The notes under the pieces: model-generated
Seen by the model: the letters and a program-made list of their open reading frames with translations, nothing else
The model's database searches: none
What the model was told of the DNA's origin: nothing
Assembly (NCBI GenBank): GCA_963769935.1
Contig: CAVYNY010000033.1
Location: 29,621-93,620 of the forward strand
Direction of reading: 5' to 3'
DNA length: 64,000 bases
DNA from: an uncultured delta proteobacterium
GTDB taxonomy: Bacteria; Desulfobacterota; Desulfobacteria; Desulfobacterales; JAFDCJ01
Position numbers and translations under genes: made by a program
In this document: in pieces, positions 10,609-20,607 of the stretch
Layout: each line of letters begins with the position of its first letter
How positions within the stretch are numbered: position 1 is the stretch's first letter

Positions 10609-12555
10609 TTATTTCTTGCCACAGGTTTCACGGTAAGGTTCGCTGCCCAGGTATTCACGCCATTCGTCCCGGGTAAGATTCCGGTTCAGCTGCGAGCAGG
10701 CTTTGGCAACCGGGTCCGCAGGCCAAATCTCCGTAACCTCGACCAGACGTCTGTCCCAGCCGTCGTCGCCGCAGGTCGCAATAAACCGGCTGTCGGGGCT
10801 GACCGCCACGGCTGTGAGGTACCTCAGATAGGGCAGGCGCTTGATCTCACGGCCGCCCTCGAATTGCCATACCCGGGCGGTCTCGTCCGCGTCGATTGTG
10901 ACCAGGTATTTGCCGTTCGGGCTCAATGCCAGAGCCAGTACGAAACTCCCGTCCGAGTTAGCAAACAATTCGGTTTTTTTCCGGACATCCCACCAGCTCA
11001 GTTTGCCTTCTGTATCGCCGATAACCAGCACCTGTCCGTTCGGGGCAAATACAGCACCCGCGTCTCCCTCGCTGGAATTCGGCAATTGCCATAATCTTGC
11101 GCCGGTTTTAAGGTCCCAAACCGTGGTGACGGTGTCGCCACCGAATGTGACCAGTTCGGTTTCATGCGGGTCGAAGCGCATCCCCTCGACGATACCGTCG
11201 TGGCGCAGGCGGGCCACCTGCCGTCCCGTGGCCAGTTCCCATACACGCACACTCTTGTCCAGACTGGCGCTGGCCACAAATTTGCCGGACGCCGAAACAG
11301 CGACCGTGTACGCGGCATCATCCTGGGGCAGCCGCCTGACCTCAAGGCCGGACTGTGAATCCCAGACGTGCACCGTCCCCAGCTCGGTGGTTGAAACCAG
11401 GAGGCCGCCGGTGGGCGCAAAGCGAACCGCATTAACGGGTGCGGCATGTTCCAGGCGGTGCAATTCGCGGCCGGTTGTTGGTTCCCACAGACGCACGGTG
11501 TTGTCCGGTCCGGCGGTTGCCAGAATCGGTTGATTCGGGCTGAAGTCGAGCACCTGTCTCCCTCGGAAGTTGACGTGATTTCCGCGCTTGTCCTTCCAGT
11601 GCGTGCGGCCGCCTATTCCGCCGTGGGAAATCCGCGCCGTAATTTCGCCCGTTGTCAGATCCCAAACAAAAGTCCCGTCTTTTCCGCCTCCGGCCGCCAG
11701 CAGGCGGCCGTCATAACTGAACGCCAGATCGCTCACGATGTTTTCAAAATCGATTGGGAAATTCTTGTCCGACCAGGGCAGCAAGGCCAGACCGTCTCGC
11801 AGGGAACGCTCCGCATGCGGCGTCGGGCTCCGCTTCATCGCCTCTGCGGCCAGGAGCACGCTGAGCTCGAGCCGCTCCAATCGTTTGCTGTCCTGCAATA
11901 AAAGCGCCCACCATACTTTGGATTTTTGGTCTTCATCCGTCGCGAGCACCTGTTGCCGCAGCTCATCCGCACGGGACGCGAGTCGTTCCACCAGCTGTTC
12001 GGTCGCCTGCTTTTGACTGTAAGCCCGATAGCCATACCAGACCAGTACCGCCGTCAACATTACGAGGGCCGCTGCCAACCCTCTGCGCAGCAAACGCCGC
12101 CGGTGATGACCGCGGCGCCGCGCCTCCCTTTCCTGCAACTCCTTCGAGCTGGCTGCCACTCCCTGGGAATGGACCCGCTGGATATCTTCCATGAGCTTTA
12201 AAAACAGCGGCGAGGTTGCGGCGCCGTTCCAGTCGGAAAAGTCCACGGTCTCCGTCTGCCGGAAGGGCAGGGGCGGCTCGCATTCTTGAACCTGCAACGG
12301 CACCAGGATGCCCCGCTGCCAACCCTCAGTCGCCTCCGCGCAAACCCAGTCGGAATCCACCGAGCGCGGCGACCATACGACCAGAACGCAGCGGCTGTGG
12401 GTCACGGCATCCTGGATCTCACGCGGAAAACGCTCCCCGCTGCGCAGCCGCTGGTCCCACCAGACCGACCAGCCGCGAGCGGCCGTGAAGGCCTCCGCCA
12501 GCCGCTTGACTTGGGGCTTGTCTTCCCGGGCATAACTGATGAATACGTCATACAT
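10609..12555 (-). CDS. TIR domain-transmembrane-WD40 repeat protein
   Basis: TIR: YDVFISYARED, VWWD, SVDSDWVCAEA. Arg-rich stretch then a hydrophobic helix. Multiple WD40 repeats. C-terminal ACSQLNRNLTRDEWREYL..EPYRETC. Confidence 0.9.
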   Translation of the reverse strand: MYDVFISYAREDKPQVKRLAEAFTAARGWSVWWDQRLRSGERFPREIQDAVTHSRCVLVVWSPRSVDSDWVCAEATEGWQRGILVPLQVQECEPPLPFRQTETVDFSDWNGAATSPLFLKLMEDIQRVHSQGVAASSKELQEREARRRGHHRRRLLRRGLAAALVMLTAVLVWYGYRAYSQKQATEQLVERLASRADELRQQVLATDEDQKSKVWWALLLQDSKRLERLELSVLLAAEAMKRSPTPHAERSLRDGLALLPWSDKNFPIDFENIVSDLAFSYDGRLLAAGGGKDGTFVWDLTTGEITARISHGGIGGRTHWKDKRGNHVNFRGRQVLDFSPNQPILATAGPDNTVRLWEPTTGRELHRLEHAAPVNAVRFAPTGGLLVSTTELGTVHVWDSQSGLEVRRLPQDDAAYTVAVSASGKFVASASLDKSVRVWELATGRQVARLRHDGIVEGMRFDPHETELVTFGGDTVTTVWDLKTGARLWQLPNSSEGDAGAVFAPNGQVLVIGDTEGKLSWWDVRKKTELFANSDGSFVLALALSPNGKYLVTIDADETARVWQFEGGREIKRLPYLRYLTAVAVSPDSRFIATCGDDGWDRRLVEVTEIWPADPVAKACSQLNRNLTRDEWREYLGSEPYRETCGKK

Positions 12556-12666
12556 ACTCGGTAAGTAAAAAATCCTAACCTGGAGCACCAGGTTTTGAAT
12601 GTTGGAATAAAAGCACTCTCTTTGGGAGGAGGTTCCCCCCGGCTCCCAAACGGGCGAAGCCCGCCG

Positions 12667-12830
12667 CTAAGGGTTCACGGATAAATTAATTCACAGTTTT
12701 AGGCGTTGAGGCGTTCTTCCAGCAAGGTGCGAAAACGCAGGAATATCTTGATATTCCGAGCTTTCGCAACGCAGCGGGAAGAGATGCAGCGGCGTATAAA
12801 ATGTGAAGTTATTTTTTCGTGAGCCCTAAG
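12667..12830. repeat. about 164 bp imperfect palindromic element (MITE/REP-like)
   Basis: Ends CTAAGGGTTCACGGATAAATTAATTCACA and TGTGAAGTTATTTTTTCGTGAGCCCTAAG are imperfectly complementary; core GCAAGGTGCGAAA...GAATATCTTGATATTC...TTTCGCAACGCAGC. Confidence 0.7.
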
Positions 12831-12843
12831 GTCTGTGGTCCGG

Positions 12844-13257
12844 TTACAATGCCTGGTATCCTCTATAATTCTTCTGAAACTTTGCTTTACCGGTGCGGAG
12901 GAAGTCGGCAAAGTTCCATTCGGACGGTTCGAGATGATCCCGGAACTGCGGTTTCACCACATAAGCGGCGGCGGGCAGGGTCGCTCCATCGTTTAGTTCA
13001 ATCCGAACATGCCGGCGGGCGTACATTTCGCCTTCGAATCGGTCCAGGCGGTCCCAGGCCGAATCAGGCACGTTCCTGAAGACAACACCCTCGACGCGGC
13101 CTTCATTATCCGGCAGAAGCCCGGGAAAATACTCGCTTTTGACGGACCGCCGACTATAGCCCTTCAGGATTCCAGGCACATGGGACAGACGGCAGCCCGA
13201 GACTTCCTGCATGATGTCGTCGCACATCAGGGTTCCGTATGCAAAGAGATTCAACAT
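12844..13257 (-). CDS. gamma-glutamylcyclotransferase (AIG2-like) family protein
   Basis: LFAYGTLM, VEGVV, LDRFEG..Y.R; the start overlaps the stop of the upstream oxidoreductase. Confidence 0.9.
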   Translation of the reverse strand: MLNLFAYGTLMCDDIMQEVSGCRLSHVPGILKGYSRRSVKSEYFPGLLPDNEGRVEGVVFRNVPDSAWDRLDRFEGEMYARRHVRIELNDGATLPAAAYVVKPQFRDHLEPSEWNFADFLRTGKAKFQKNYRGYQAL

Positions 13258-15392
13258 TTCCGCACCTCGCAGAGCAGTGATTTAAAGCCCGGGAATCCCG
13301 AAATCGGGTCCCGGTAGTCGGGGTCGATCAGGGTGTTGACATCCGCTTCCGGCCGCCCGTGGTAGATGTTGACCACGCCCGGCATAACCGTTTCGGTCAG
13401 ATTGGCCCGCACGCGCACATCCCCCCGGCGGGTCGACAGCAGGACCCAATCCCCTTGGTTCAAGCCGCGCAGCCGGGCATCGGCCGGGTTCAAGTCGGCC
13501 ATGGGATCCGGTTGGAATCTGAGCAGCTGAGGAATCCGGTAGGCCCGGGAATGAATGAAAAAAGGCAGCCTGGCGCCGGTGGTCAAAATGAGCGGAAAAT
13601 CTTTTGCCTCTTCGGGGGCCGACACCGGACTCAGCAAGGGTTCCCGGTACACAGGCAGCGAGTCCAAACCGTGTTCCGCCAAAACCAGGGAGGTAAATTC
13701 CATCTTGCCCGAAGGCGTTTGAAAGCCCCCGTTCTCATATTTGCGGTAGGGGGGAGTCGAAATATTTTCGACAACGAGGCCGCGGGGATATTTTTCCAGA
13801 TCGGCCACTTTAAAGCCGGAAGGCTGCAGCATCCAGTCGACGGCTGCTGCATGCCCCGCCCGCAGCAGGTCGTCGTCCGGCGCCAGGGTCCGGGCCAGAT
13901 CGAAAATGATATCGGCATCCGCGCGGGATTGGCCCAGCGGTTCGATGGCCGGCCGGGTCCACAGAATCCTTTTTTCGGGATAAAATTTCAGTTCGCTTCT
14001 TTCATAGGAAGTACAGGCCGGCAGGATGACATCGGCCAGCCTGGCGGTATCCGTCATAAACAGATCCACGTCCACCAGAAAGTCCAGTTTTTTGAAGCTC
14101 TCCAGGGCAAAATCAGATCCGGGCCACATCCGAAAGTTGAGGCCGAAAGCCAGCATGGCCCGAACGGGATAAGGCTGTTGACTGCGGATCTGAAAGGGCA
14201 CCATCATGGAATGGGCCTCGGGAATGAAGCGGCACCAGACCGGGTGTTTATCTTCCCCGACACGCGGGGCCATTTCGTGCCAGGGGCGCGGCTGCTTGAA
14301 CTCCGCTTCGCGGGTCTGGATGCCGTTGGCAATATAAAGATAGTCGGAGGGAAAAACATGGTTGCCTCCCGGCATGTCGAAGTTGCCCGTCAATCCGATC
14401 AGGGCGGTGATGGCCCGCTGATTCTGGAGTCCGTTGGTATGGTGGACCGTCGGACTTGCGCCGGTCATGACGGCCGCCGGCTTTGAGCCGGCAAAAAGCC
14501 TGGCAGCCCGCAAGATCAGTTCGGCCGGAACGCCGGTGATTTTTTGGGCCGCATCAGGCGCAAAGCCGCGCGCCAGGTTTCGATATTCATCAAATCCCAA
14601 GGTCCAGCGGTCGACGAAATCCCGGTCGAAAAGACCCTCCTCAATGATGACGTGGGCCAGCGCCAGGGCCAGGGCCCCCGAGGTCCCGGGCCGCAGCCTG
14701 AGGTGAATGTCGGCGTAACGGGTCAGCGGGGTGACCAGCGGGCCGACCTCGATGATTTTGAGGCCTTTTTTGCGGGCGGCCGGCAGTCCTTTGGAGCGCG
14801 GCGGGTTCGAGTAAAAGGGGTTGCGGCTCCAGACAAGCAGACATTTGGCGCGGCCCACTTCGGGCGCGGCTTCGGCTCCGTAATTTAAAATGGCAGCCAG
14901 TTTGACCGCCGTATGACAAGTGCTCGATTCGGAGGCAAAGTTGGGTGAGCCGAAACTGTGGGCCAGGCGCTTTAAGAACGGCCGCATCCATTTGGGATAG
15001 CCGGCATAGAAAACCACCGACTCAGGGCCGGTTTCGGCTTTGATTTCGTTTAGCCGCCCGGCAACAATATTAAGAGCTTCCTGCCAGGAGACCGGTTCGA
15101 ACCGCCCCGCACCCCTCGCGCCTGTTCTGACAAGCGGCGTTTTAAGGCGGTCGGGATGATAGACGTATTGAAGCCCGGCGGCCCCTTTGGCGCATAGGGT
15201 CCCGGCGTTGTGGAACTCCGGACTCCCCTTCAGCTTGATGATCCGTCCGTTTCTGACATAGGCATCCACGCCGCAATGGGAGCCGGGATTGCATATGGAG
15301 CAAATGGTCGGCCGGACCTCGATGCCGGTGGAGGGACCGGTCGCCTTTTGGTTCGGCCGGGGCATCACTGTTTGCGGAAACCGTTCCTTCAT
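13251..15392 (-). CDS. molybdopterin (bis-MGD) oxidoreductase catalytic subunit, no Tat signal
   Basis: 4Fe-4S motif CSIC-x5-C...LCAKG, HPDRLKTPL, DLFMTDTARLADVILPA, LILTTG C-terminal MGD domain; Cys in ESSTCH at the likely metal-ligand position. Confidence 0.92.
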   Translation of the reverse strand: MKERFPQTVMPRPNQKATGPSTGIEVRPTICSICNPGSHCGVDAYVRNGRIIKLKGSPEFHNAGTLCAKGAAGLQYVYHPDRLKTPLVRTGARGAGRFEPVSWQEALNIVAGRLNEIKAETGPESVVFYAGYPKWMRPFLKRLAHSFGSPNFASESSTCHTAVKLAAILNYGAEAAPEVGRAKCLLVWSRNPFYSNPPRSKGLPAARKKGLKIIEVGPLVTPLTRYADIHLRLRPGTSGALALALAHVIIEEGLFDRDFVDRWTLGFDEYRNLARGFAPDAAQKITGVPAELILRAARLFAGSKPAAVMTGASPTVHHTNGLQNQRAITALIGLTGNFDMPGGNHVFPSDYLYIANGIQTREAEFKQPRPWHEMAPRVGEDKHPVWCRFIPEAHSMMVPFQIRSQQPYPVRAMLAFGLNFRMWPGSDFALESFKKLDFLVDVDLFMTDTARLADVILPACTSYERSELKFYPEKRILWTRPAIEPLGQSRADADIIFDLARTLAPDDDLLRAGHAAAVDWMLQPSGFKVADLEKYPRGLVVENISTPPYRKYENGGFQTPSGKMEFTSLVLAEHGLDSLPVYREPLLSPVSAPEEAKDFPLILTTGARLPFFIHSRAYRIPQLLRFQPDPMADLNPADARLRGLNQGDWVLLSTRRGDVRVRANLTETVMPGVVNIYHGRPEADVNTLIDPDYRDPISGFPGFKSLLCEVRKC

Positions 15393-15730
15393 AATTCACC
15401 CCGCACTTTATTTAAACATTAGAGCAATGAATCAAAACCCCGCAACTGCCGGCCCCATCTTGTGATAGAGCGGACAACCGCTCAATAGGGCAGATGTGTG
15501 TAGTATGTGCATCATAGAAAAAGCGTTCATATCCGTCAAGCATCTTCAAATTACCCTTTGATTTTCCCGGCTTCGGTGTCATTTTCTTTAAACCCTTTAC
15601 CGCCGGATTTTTTCTTGGTAATGAAGGTGTCTAAGCATGATGCCATACGATCACGGGCTGCTGCTTATTGAAATCCGGGATGAATTGCGCCGGGGAGCAT
15701 ATTGCCGCAGCGAATCGACTCATCCCATGA

Positions 15731-16177
15731 TCAATTATAGGCCAGCCGGGTTTGCTCATCTGCATATGTCGGTTCAATGATGTCCTGCCACTCAGGATCA
15801 GCCCACGTTTTCAATTGATCGTGCATTTCCATATACTTTTGCGGGATCGGGTGAGTACCATAAACGACTTCAAGGCCGTATTTTTTTGTGATGTAATCAT
15901 GAAAATACCTGATGTGCGGGCATGGGGGATATCCGACCACGAGTCCGGTGGCGAGATGGATCACTTCGGCGCCGTTTTTTTTCATTTCATCCACCGTGTA
16001 CTCTACATTGCCGCCGGGGCATCCATCGCAGGAGGTGTAGCCGACCAGGTCTACATCCAGACCTTTATAGCGGCTGAAGGCCCCCTCCCGATTTTGCAAT
16101 GATCTGAAACACTTTCCACCGGCGCACGTTCGGTACCGGTTACATATGATGATTCCGATTTTGGTCTTTTTCCCCAT
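15731..16177 (-). CDS. CGGC domain-containing protein
   Basis: IGIIIC..YRTCAGGKC, TSCDGCPG, VIHLATG, PPCP, GTH; RBS GGAGG upstream. Confidence 0.88.
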   Translation of the reverse strand: MGKKTKIGIIICNRYRTCAGGKCFRSLQNREGAFSRYKGLDVDLVGYTSCDGCPGGNVEYTVDEMKKNGAEVIHLATGLVVGYPPCPHIRYFHDYITKKYGLEVVYGTHPIPQKYMEMHDQLKTWADPEWQDIIEPTYADEQTRLAYN

Positions 16178-16344
16178 GATACCTCCTACTTGAAAAAAAA
16201 TTGTTTGGGATCCCATCCGCGCTGCCGAAATAGCCGGGCTGCAAACCCGTGGACGGCATTGGCCGCAGTGTGGGCAGAAACTCTACCGGCCCGGCGGTTT
16301 CACACAGCGGTCAAATCTTCATTTAACCATCAGGACGAAGAAGG

Positions 16345-16590
16345 CTATGATAGCAACTCCAGCGCGATCCGGCAATAGGATTCAAGACCCAAAGCCAGAA
16401 CCTCTTCATTGAAATCAAATTTGGAATTGTGAACCGGGGCGCCTCCTTCCCGTCCGACCCCCAGGAAGAAAAAACAGCCCTTGGCTTTTTCCAGAAAAAA
16501 GGACAAGTCCTTTACATCCATGGTCGACTCAGGCTCTGCGACTCTGTCTTCACCCACCACCTGCCGGGCGCATTTGCAGGGAACAACATC
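16345..16590 (-). pseudogene. C-terminal remnant of an M20 amidohydrolase
   Basis: DLSFFLEKAKGCFFFLG...PVHNSKFDFNEEVLALG matches the M20D C-terminus; the 5' part is absent and the TIR-EEP gene sits directly upstream. Confidence 0.75.
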
Positions 16591-16609
16591 CTGATTTATT
16601 CCGCCTGAT

Positions 16610-18091
16610 TTATTCCGCGGCCTCAGACTCGGGAAACTTCAGCTCCATCCACAGGGGCAGGTGGTCGGACAGTTGCTCGGTGCGCCAACGCTTGAAAGTT
16701 TCCGCCTGCCGTTTGCCGTCGCCCGGGACGGCGTGGGCATAGGCCTCGGTGTCGGGCTCGCGCAGCACGTGTTCGAAGGGCAGAAACGATCCGGAGCGAC
16801 CGATGGTGACTGCCCCGGACGCATTGACCAGCAATCCGATCAGGTCGTAGAAGCCGTCCGGACGAAAAGCGCTGGTGGGGTGGATATGTTCAGGCGGTGC
16901 GGCGAAACCCTCGCGGCGGAAGGCCTGCACGGCGGGAGAGTCGGCGCTGCGAATGTTGAAGTTGCCGGCCAGTATGATGTTTTCCCCATCGCGCCCGGCA
17001 ACGCGCTTCAAAAAGCGCGCCAGGGTCTCGCACTCGCGGATCCCGGGCTTGGGATCTCCGCTGCCGAAGTGGATATGCGCGGCACACATCCTGAAACGAA
17101 AATCGCCGGCGCGGAAGCCTGCGAGCAGCGGCTTGCGTGCGAACTGCCGCCCGTCGATCAACAGGTTGTCCGGCAGCACGACCTCGCCGCTGATGTGCTC
17201 AAAGGACACCCGCGGCTGGTAGTACAGGATCGCAAAGCGTTCGTTGCTGCCCAGGGTGCCTTCGGTGATGTCGGTGATGAAGTAGCCCCACTCCGGTCCC
17301 ATGATCTCCAGCAGGGCACGCAGGGACGCGAGGTGCCGGTCGATCTTTTGCAGGGAGATCACGTCGAAGGCCGACAGGATCTGCGCCATGTAGAACAGAG
17401 CCTCACCCCAGGGAGCACGCCGACCGAACTTGTTCAGGCACCAGTTGGCTACCAGCAGGTTGTCCTTGAGGCGCCGGGGAATATCGTTTACAAGCGCCGG
17501 GCGCAGGCGTGCCAAGCCGGACAGGGTGCGGGCACGTTCGGGCGGATCGAGGCTTACCAGCTCAGCGTCGGTGAAATAGTGGGGCGCCGGGTCGAAGGCA
17601 CCGCCGCATTCCAGCAGAAGGCCCAGGGCCGCCCGCCGGATGCCGGCCACCACGTCGTCCATAGCGCGCAGCGGGTCGTCCCAGTCGGTGATCGGCCTGG
17701 CTTTGTAAGGCAGGCTCTCGAACCGCGCCAGGGGCAGATCCTCGAACTCCGGGACCTCCTCCACGAGCACCGGTACGGGCACCGAGACTCGCATTTCGTG
17801 CAGCTCCAGGGCCAGGCGCATCTCCACTTCGGCGATGTAGCGCGACGCAAGAAAGGCCTTGCTGACGAGCAGCACGACGATGTCCGCGCCGCGCAGGTTT
17901 TCATCGATCACATCCGACCACTCGGTACCGGGAACGATGGCCCCGTCGTACCATGTGATCACCAGCCCTTCTCTTTCCAGGATGTCCAGGTGACGGTCCA
18001 ACGCCTGGCGGGTATCTGCATTTTCGTGGGCGTAGCAGAAAAACAACTTCAGCGGTCGGCGCTTGACAGGGCGCTCCGGAGGCGAATTCAT
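16610..18091 (-). CDS. TIR domain fused to an endonuclease/exonuclease/phosphatase (EEP) domain with non-canonical catalytic motifs
   Basis: TIR: LFFCYAHEN, TWYDGAIVPG, LLVSKAFLASRYIAEVEM. EEP: LLVANWC, FDVISLQK, ERFAILY, QFARKP, HIHFG, LAGNFN, YDLI, LSDHLPLW. RBS AAGGAG upstream. Confidence 0.88.
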   Translation of the reverse strand: MNSPPERPVKRRPLKLFFCYAHENADTRQALDRHLDILEREGLVITWYDGAIVPGTEWSDVIDENLRGADIVVLLVSKAFLASRYIAEVEMRLALELHEMRVSVPVPVLVEEVPEFEDLPLARFESLPYKARPITDWDDPLRAMDDVVAGIRRAALGLLLECGGAFDPAPHYFTDAELVSLDPPERARTLSGLARLRPALVNDIPRRLKDNLLVANWCLNKFGRRAPWGEALFYMAQILSAFDVISLQKIDRHLASLRALLEIMGPEWGYFITDITEGTLGSNERFAILYYQPRVSFEHISGEVVLPDNLLIDGRQFARKPLLAGFRAGDFRFRMCAAHIHFGSGDPKPGIRECETLARFLKRVAGRDGENIILAGNFNIRSADSPAVQAFRREGFAAPPEHIHPTSAFRPDGFYDLIGLLVNASGAVTIGRSGSFLPFEHVLREPDTEAYAHAVPGDGKRQAETFKRWRTEQLSDHLPLWMELKFPESEAAE

Positions 18092-18383
18092 GGCCGTTCT
18101 CCTTGGCAAAAGGATAGTGTGTTGCAAAGGTTCAGGGTCCCAAATCTTTATCCGTGATCTAATATTTGGAAGCAGTCATTCGTCAAATATCATTGACATC
18201 ATAAAATCTCAAATGATAATCGATAGTCTTGATTGATCCAATCGGATGCCAGGGGGGCAACTTTTAATTACGCCGGCCTGAAAAATAGCAACACCAGGTT
18301 TTGATAAGGATTGTCGTCCAATTGTGCCTGATGAGAATGCTTTATGTTGCTCAGGCGTGCGGTGAAATAAGAGAGGCGTTCTT

Positions 18384-19601
18384 ATGAAAGAAACCACGTT
18401 TGAAGCCCATGGCTATCGCTGGATAGTACTTCTGGTCTACTGCATAATCCAGGCGGTGATGCAGATGCTCTGGATTTCTTTTGCTCCGATTACCGGTGAG
18501 GCCGCCGGGTTTTATCATGTCAGCCCGCTCCAGGTGGGCTTCCTTGCCATGAGTTTTATGATCGTTTATATCTTTGTGTCCTTTCCCGCTTCATGGACAA
18601 TCGACACTTTCGGTATCCGCAAAGGGGTTGGATTTGGGGTTGTCCTGACGGGAATCTTCGGTTTAACCCGCGGGCTTTTCGGCAGCGACTACACCTATGT
18701 CCTGATTTCCATGATCGGGCTTGCGATCGCTCAGCCGTTTATCCTGAACTCCATTACCAGTTTGACTGCCAGATGGTTTCCTTTGGAGCAGCGGGCAACT
18801 GCAGCCGGCTTGGCGGTAATGTCTCAGTTCATCGGTATTGTAATTGGAATGGCCGCCACCCCCTTTCTGGCAATCAAATTCGGCATCCCGGGAATGCTCC
18901 AAATTTATGGCGCCGTTGCCGTCGCCGGTGCCGTCTGTTTTATCATATTCATAAAGCCGGCGCCGCCGGCACCTGCCGGTGAAGTCCCGCAGCGTGAAGG
19001 TTTCCTTGAAGGGCTGAAGAACCTTTTTAAAATCCGGATTATGATCATTCTGATCACTATTTTCTTTATCGGTTTGGGATTATTCAATGCCATAACCACC
19101 TGGATCGAACAGGTCATTGCCCCGCGGGGATTCAATGCCATACAGGCCGGAACACTCGGAGCCGTGCTGATGGTCAGCGGTATTACCGGCTGTTTAATTG
19201 TTCCGCCGCTTTCCGATAAATATCGCCAAAGAAAACTATTCATTGTCATTTGCATTATTTTCAGTGCGCCCGGGCTTATCGGGCTCACCTTTGCAACCGC
19301 CTACTGGCTCCTGCTCATTTCCGGTATTTTCCTCGGATTTTTTCTGCTCAGCGCCGCTCCCGTCATTTTTCAGTATGCCGCAGAAGCCAGCTATCCAACT
19401 CCGGAAGCAACCTCTCAGGGAGTGCTGATGTTGTCCGGCCAAATCGCCGGCATCATCTTTATCCTGGGCATGGACTATTTCAGGACCGAATCAGGTTCGA
19501 TGACTCCCTTTCTGATCGTTCTTATCGGTCTCTCTCTTGTTGACATTTTACTGTCTCTCATGCTCAAGGAGTCCAAAATGATTGAGTCTGTCGCAAAGTG
19601 A
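18384..19601 (+). CDS. MFS transporter (FLVCR/SLC49-like)
   Basis: YRWIVL start, about 12 TM helices, ARWFPLEQRATA, LSDKYRQRK, AAEASYPTPEATS. Confidence 0.92.
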   Translation: MKETTFEAHGYRWIVLLVYCIIQAVMQMLWISFAPITGEAAGFYHVSPLQVGFLAMSFMIVYIFVSFPASWTIDTFGIRKGVGFGVVLTGIFGLTRGLFGSDYTYVLISMIGLAIAQPFILNSITSLTARWFPLEQRATAAGLAVMSQFIGIVIGMAATPFLAIKFGIPGMLQIYGAVAVAGAVCFIIFIKPAPPAPAGEVPQREGFLEGLKNLFKIRIMIILITIFFIGLGLFNAITTWIEQVIAPRGFNAIQAGTLGAVLMVSGITGCLIVPPLSDKYRQRKLFIVICIIFSAPGLIGLTFATAYWLLLISGIFLGFFLLSAAPVIFQYAAEASYPTPEATSQGVLMLSGQIAGIIFILGMDYFRTESGSMTPFLIVLIGLSLVDILLSLMLKESKMIESVAK

Positions 19602-19620
19602 GACCTTAGATGTCCATTTC

Positions 19621-20607
19621 CTACTTCCACACGCCCACAATCGGTTTCGCACCCCCGTCTCCCTCTCCCAGGGCACACAGACCGAAATTTTCCTCGATGG
19701 TACGCAGCACATTGTAGTGGTTGTAGTTGCTTTTTGCTTCCTTATTGGGTTTCACCATCCCGCCCAGAAAGACCGTGTAGATGTGATTATCGGATCCCGG
19801 CGACTCGTCGCGCGATTCGTCGAAGGTCACGACAATTAGAGTTTTTTTCATGAAAGCTTCATCGTTAAGCAGTGGATCCAAAAAACCCTTTAACCATGTC
19901 GATGCAAACTTCAGGCTCGTGTCGTGTCCGTCGTTATCCAAGTCGGGCGAGTAAAACGAATAGGCCGGCAAATTCTTTCGGTCTAAATCGAATTGGTCGG
20001 CAGCCACGATGTGGCTGCATTTTTCCTCGTCGTCCTGGATCGAAGAAAAGCTCATGAACGGCACGTGCTTTCTCGCATATCTGCCTCTGCGATCATTTGT
20101 ATAGCAGCGGTTGGGGTATGGGTTCAGTTCATCTGGCTCCGGATACCCTTGAGCATAATTCTTCCAGTCCAGCCCCTTGGAAACCAATAAATCAGCGATA
20201 GAGCAGACGTCTTTCAAATCAACCTGCCTATCGAAATGGGTGACGATATCCTTGCCGGCCACCATTGCCAGGTAATTTGAATAGGAGGGATGGAAGCGGC
20301 CGTGAAAATTGCTGAAGCAGGCCCCCTCCCGCGCAAGCTGATGAAGGTAGTCGTCAGTGATTGCTTCCTGGTAGTCGCGATTTTCCAGAACGATGATGAG
20401 AACACGCTCGAAGCGATTCGTCGCCTTAAACGTGGTGGGACACCGGCAGTTCGATTGACTGTTGGGGTAGGTCCGCGAGGTCTCCTCCACCGTGGTGCTT
20501 TCGAAATTACAGCCGGCGAGGATACTGCACCCGCTGATTAAAATCACGCAAATGCCAAGCCAGGCAAAGCAGACATATAGTCTATGCCGGCAACTCGCAA
20601 CCATCAT
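19621..20607 (-). CDS. exported phosphoesterase/acid phosphatase (phosphoesterase family)
   Basis: VLIIVLENRDY, HPSYSNYLAM, RKHVPF, PDLDNDGHD, VTFDES, YNHYNVLRTIE; N-terminal signal with a lipobox-like segment. Confidence 0.88.
   Translation of the reverse strand: MMVASCRHRLYVCFAWLGICVILISGCSILAGCNFESTTVEETSRTYPNSQSNCRCPTTFKATNRFERVLIIVLENRDYQEAITDDYLHQLAREGACFSNFHGRFHPSYSNYLAMVAGKDIVTHFDRQVDLKDVCSIADLLVSKGLDWKNYAQGYPEPDELNPYPNRCYTNDRRGRYARKHVPFMSFSSIQDDEEKCSHIVAADQFDLDRKNLPAYSFYSPDLDNDGHDTSLKFASTWLKGFLDPLLNDEAFMKKTLIVVTFDESRDESPGSDNHIYTVFLGGMVKPNKEAKSNYNHYNVLRTIEENFGLCALGEGDGGAKPIVGVWK

Noticed and set aside
16661..18157. 498-aa plus-strand ORF (and similar long antisense ORFs such as 13359-14486 and 42080-42916)
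   Set aside because: Antisense shadows of GC-rich genes with no recognisable domains.
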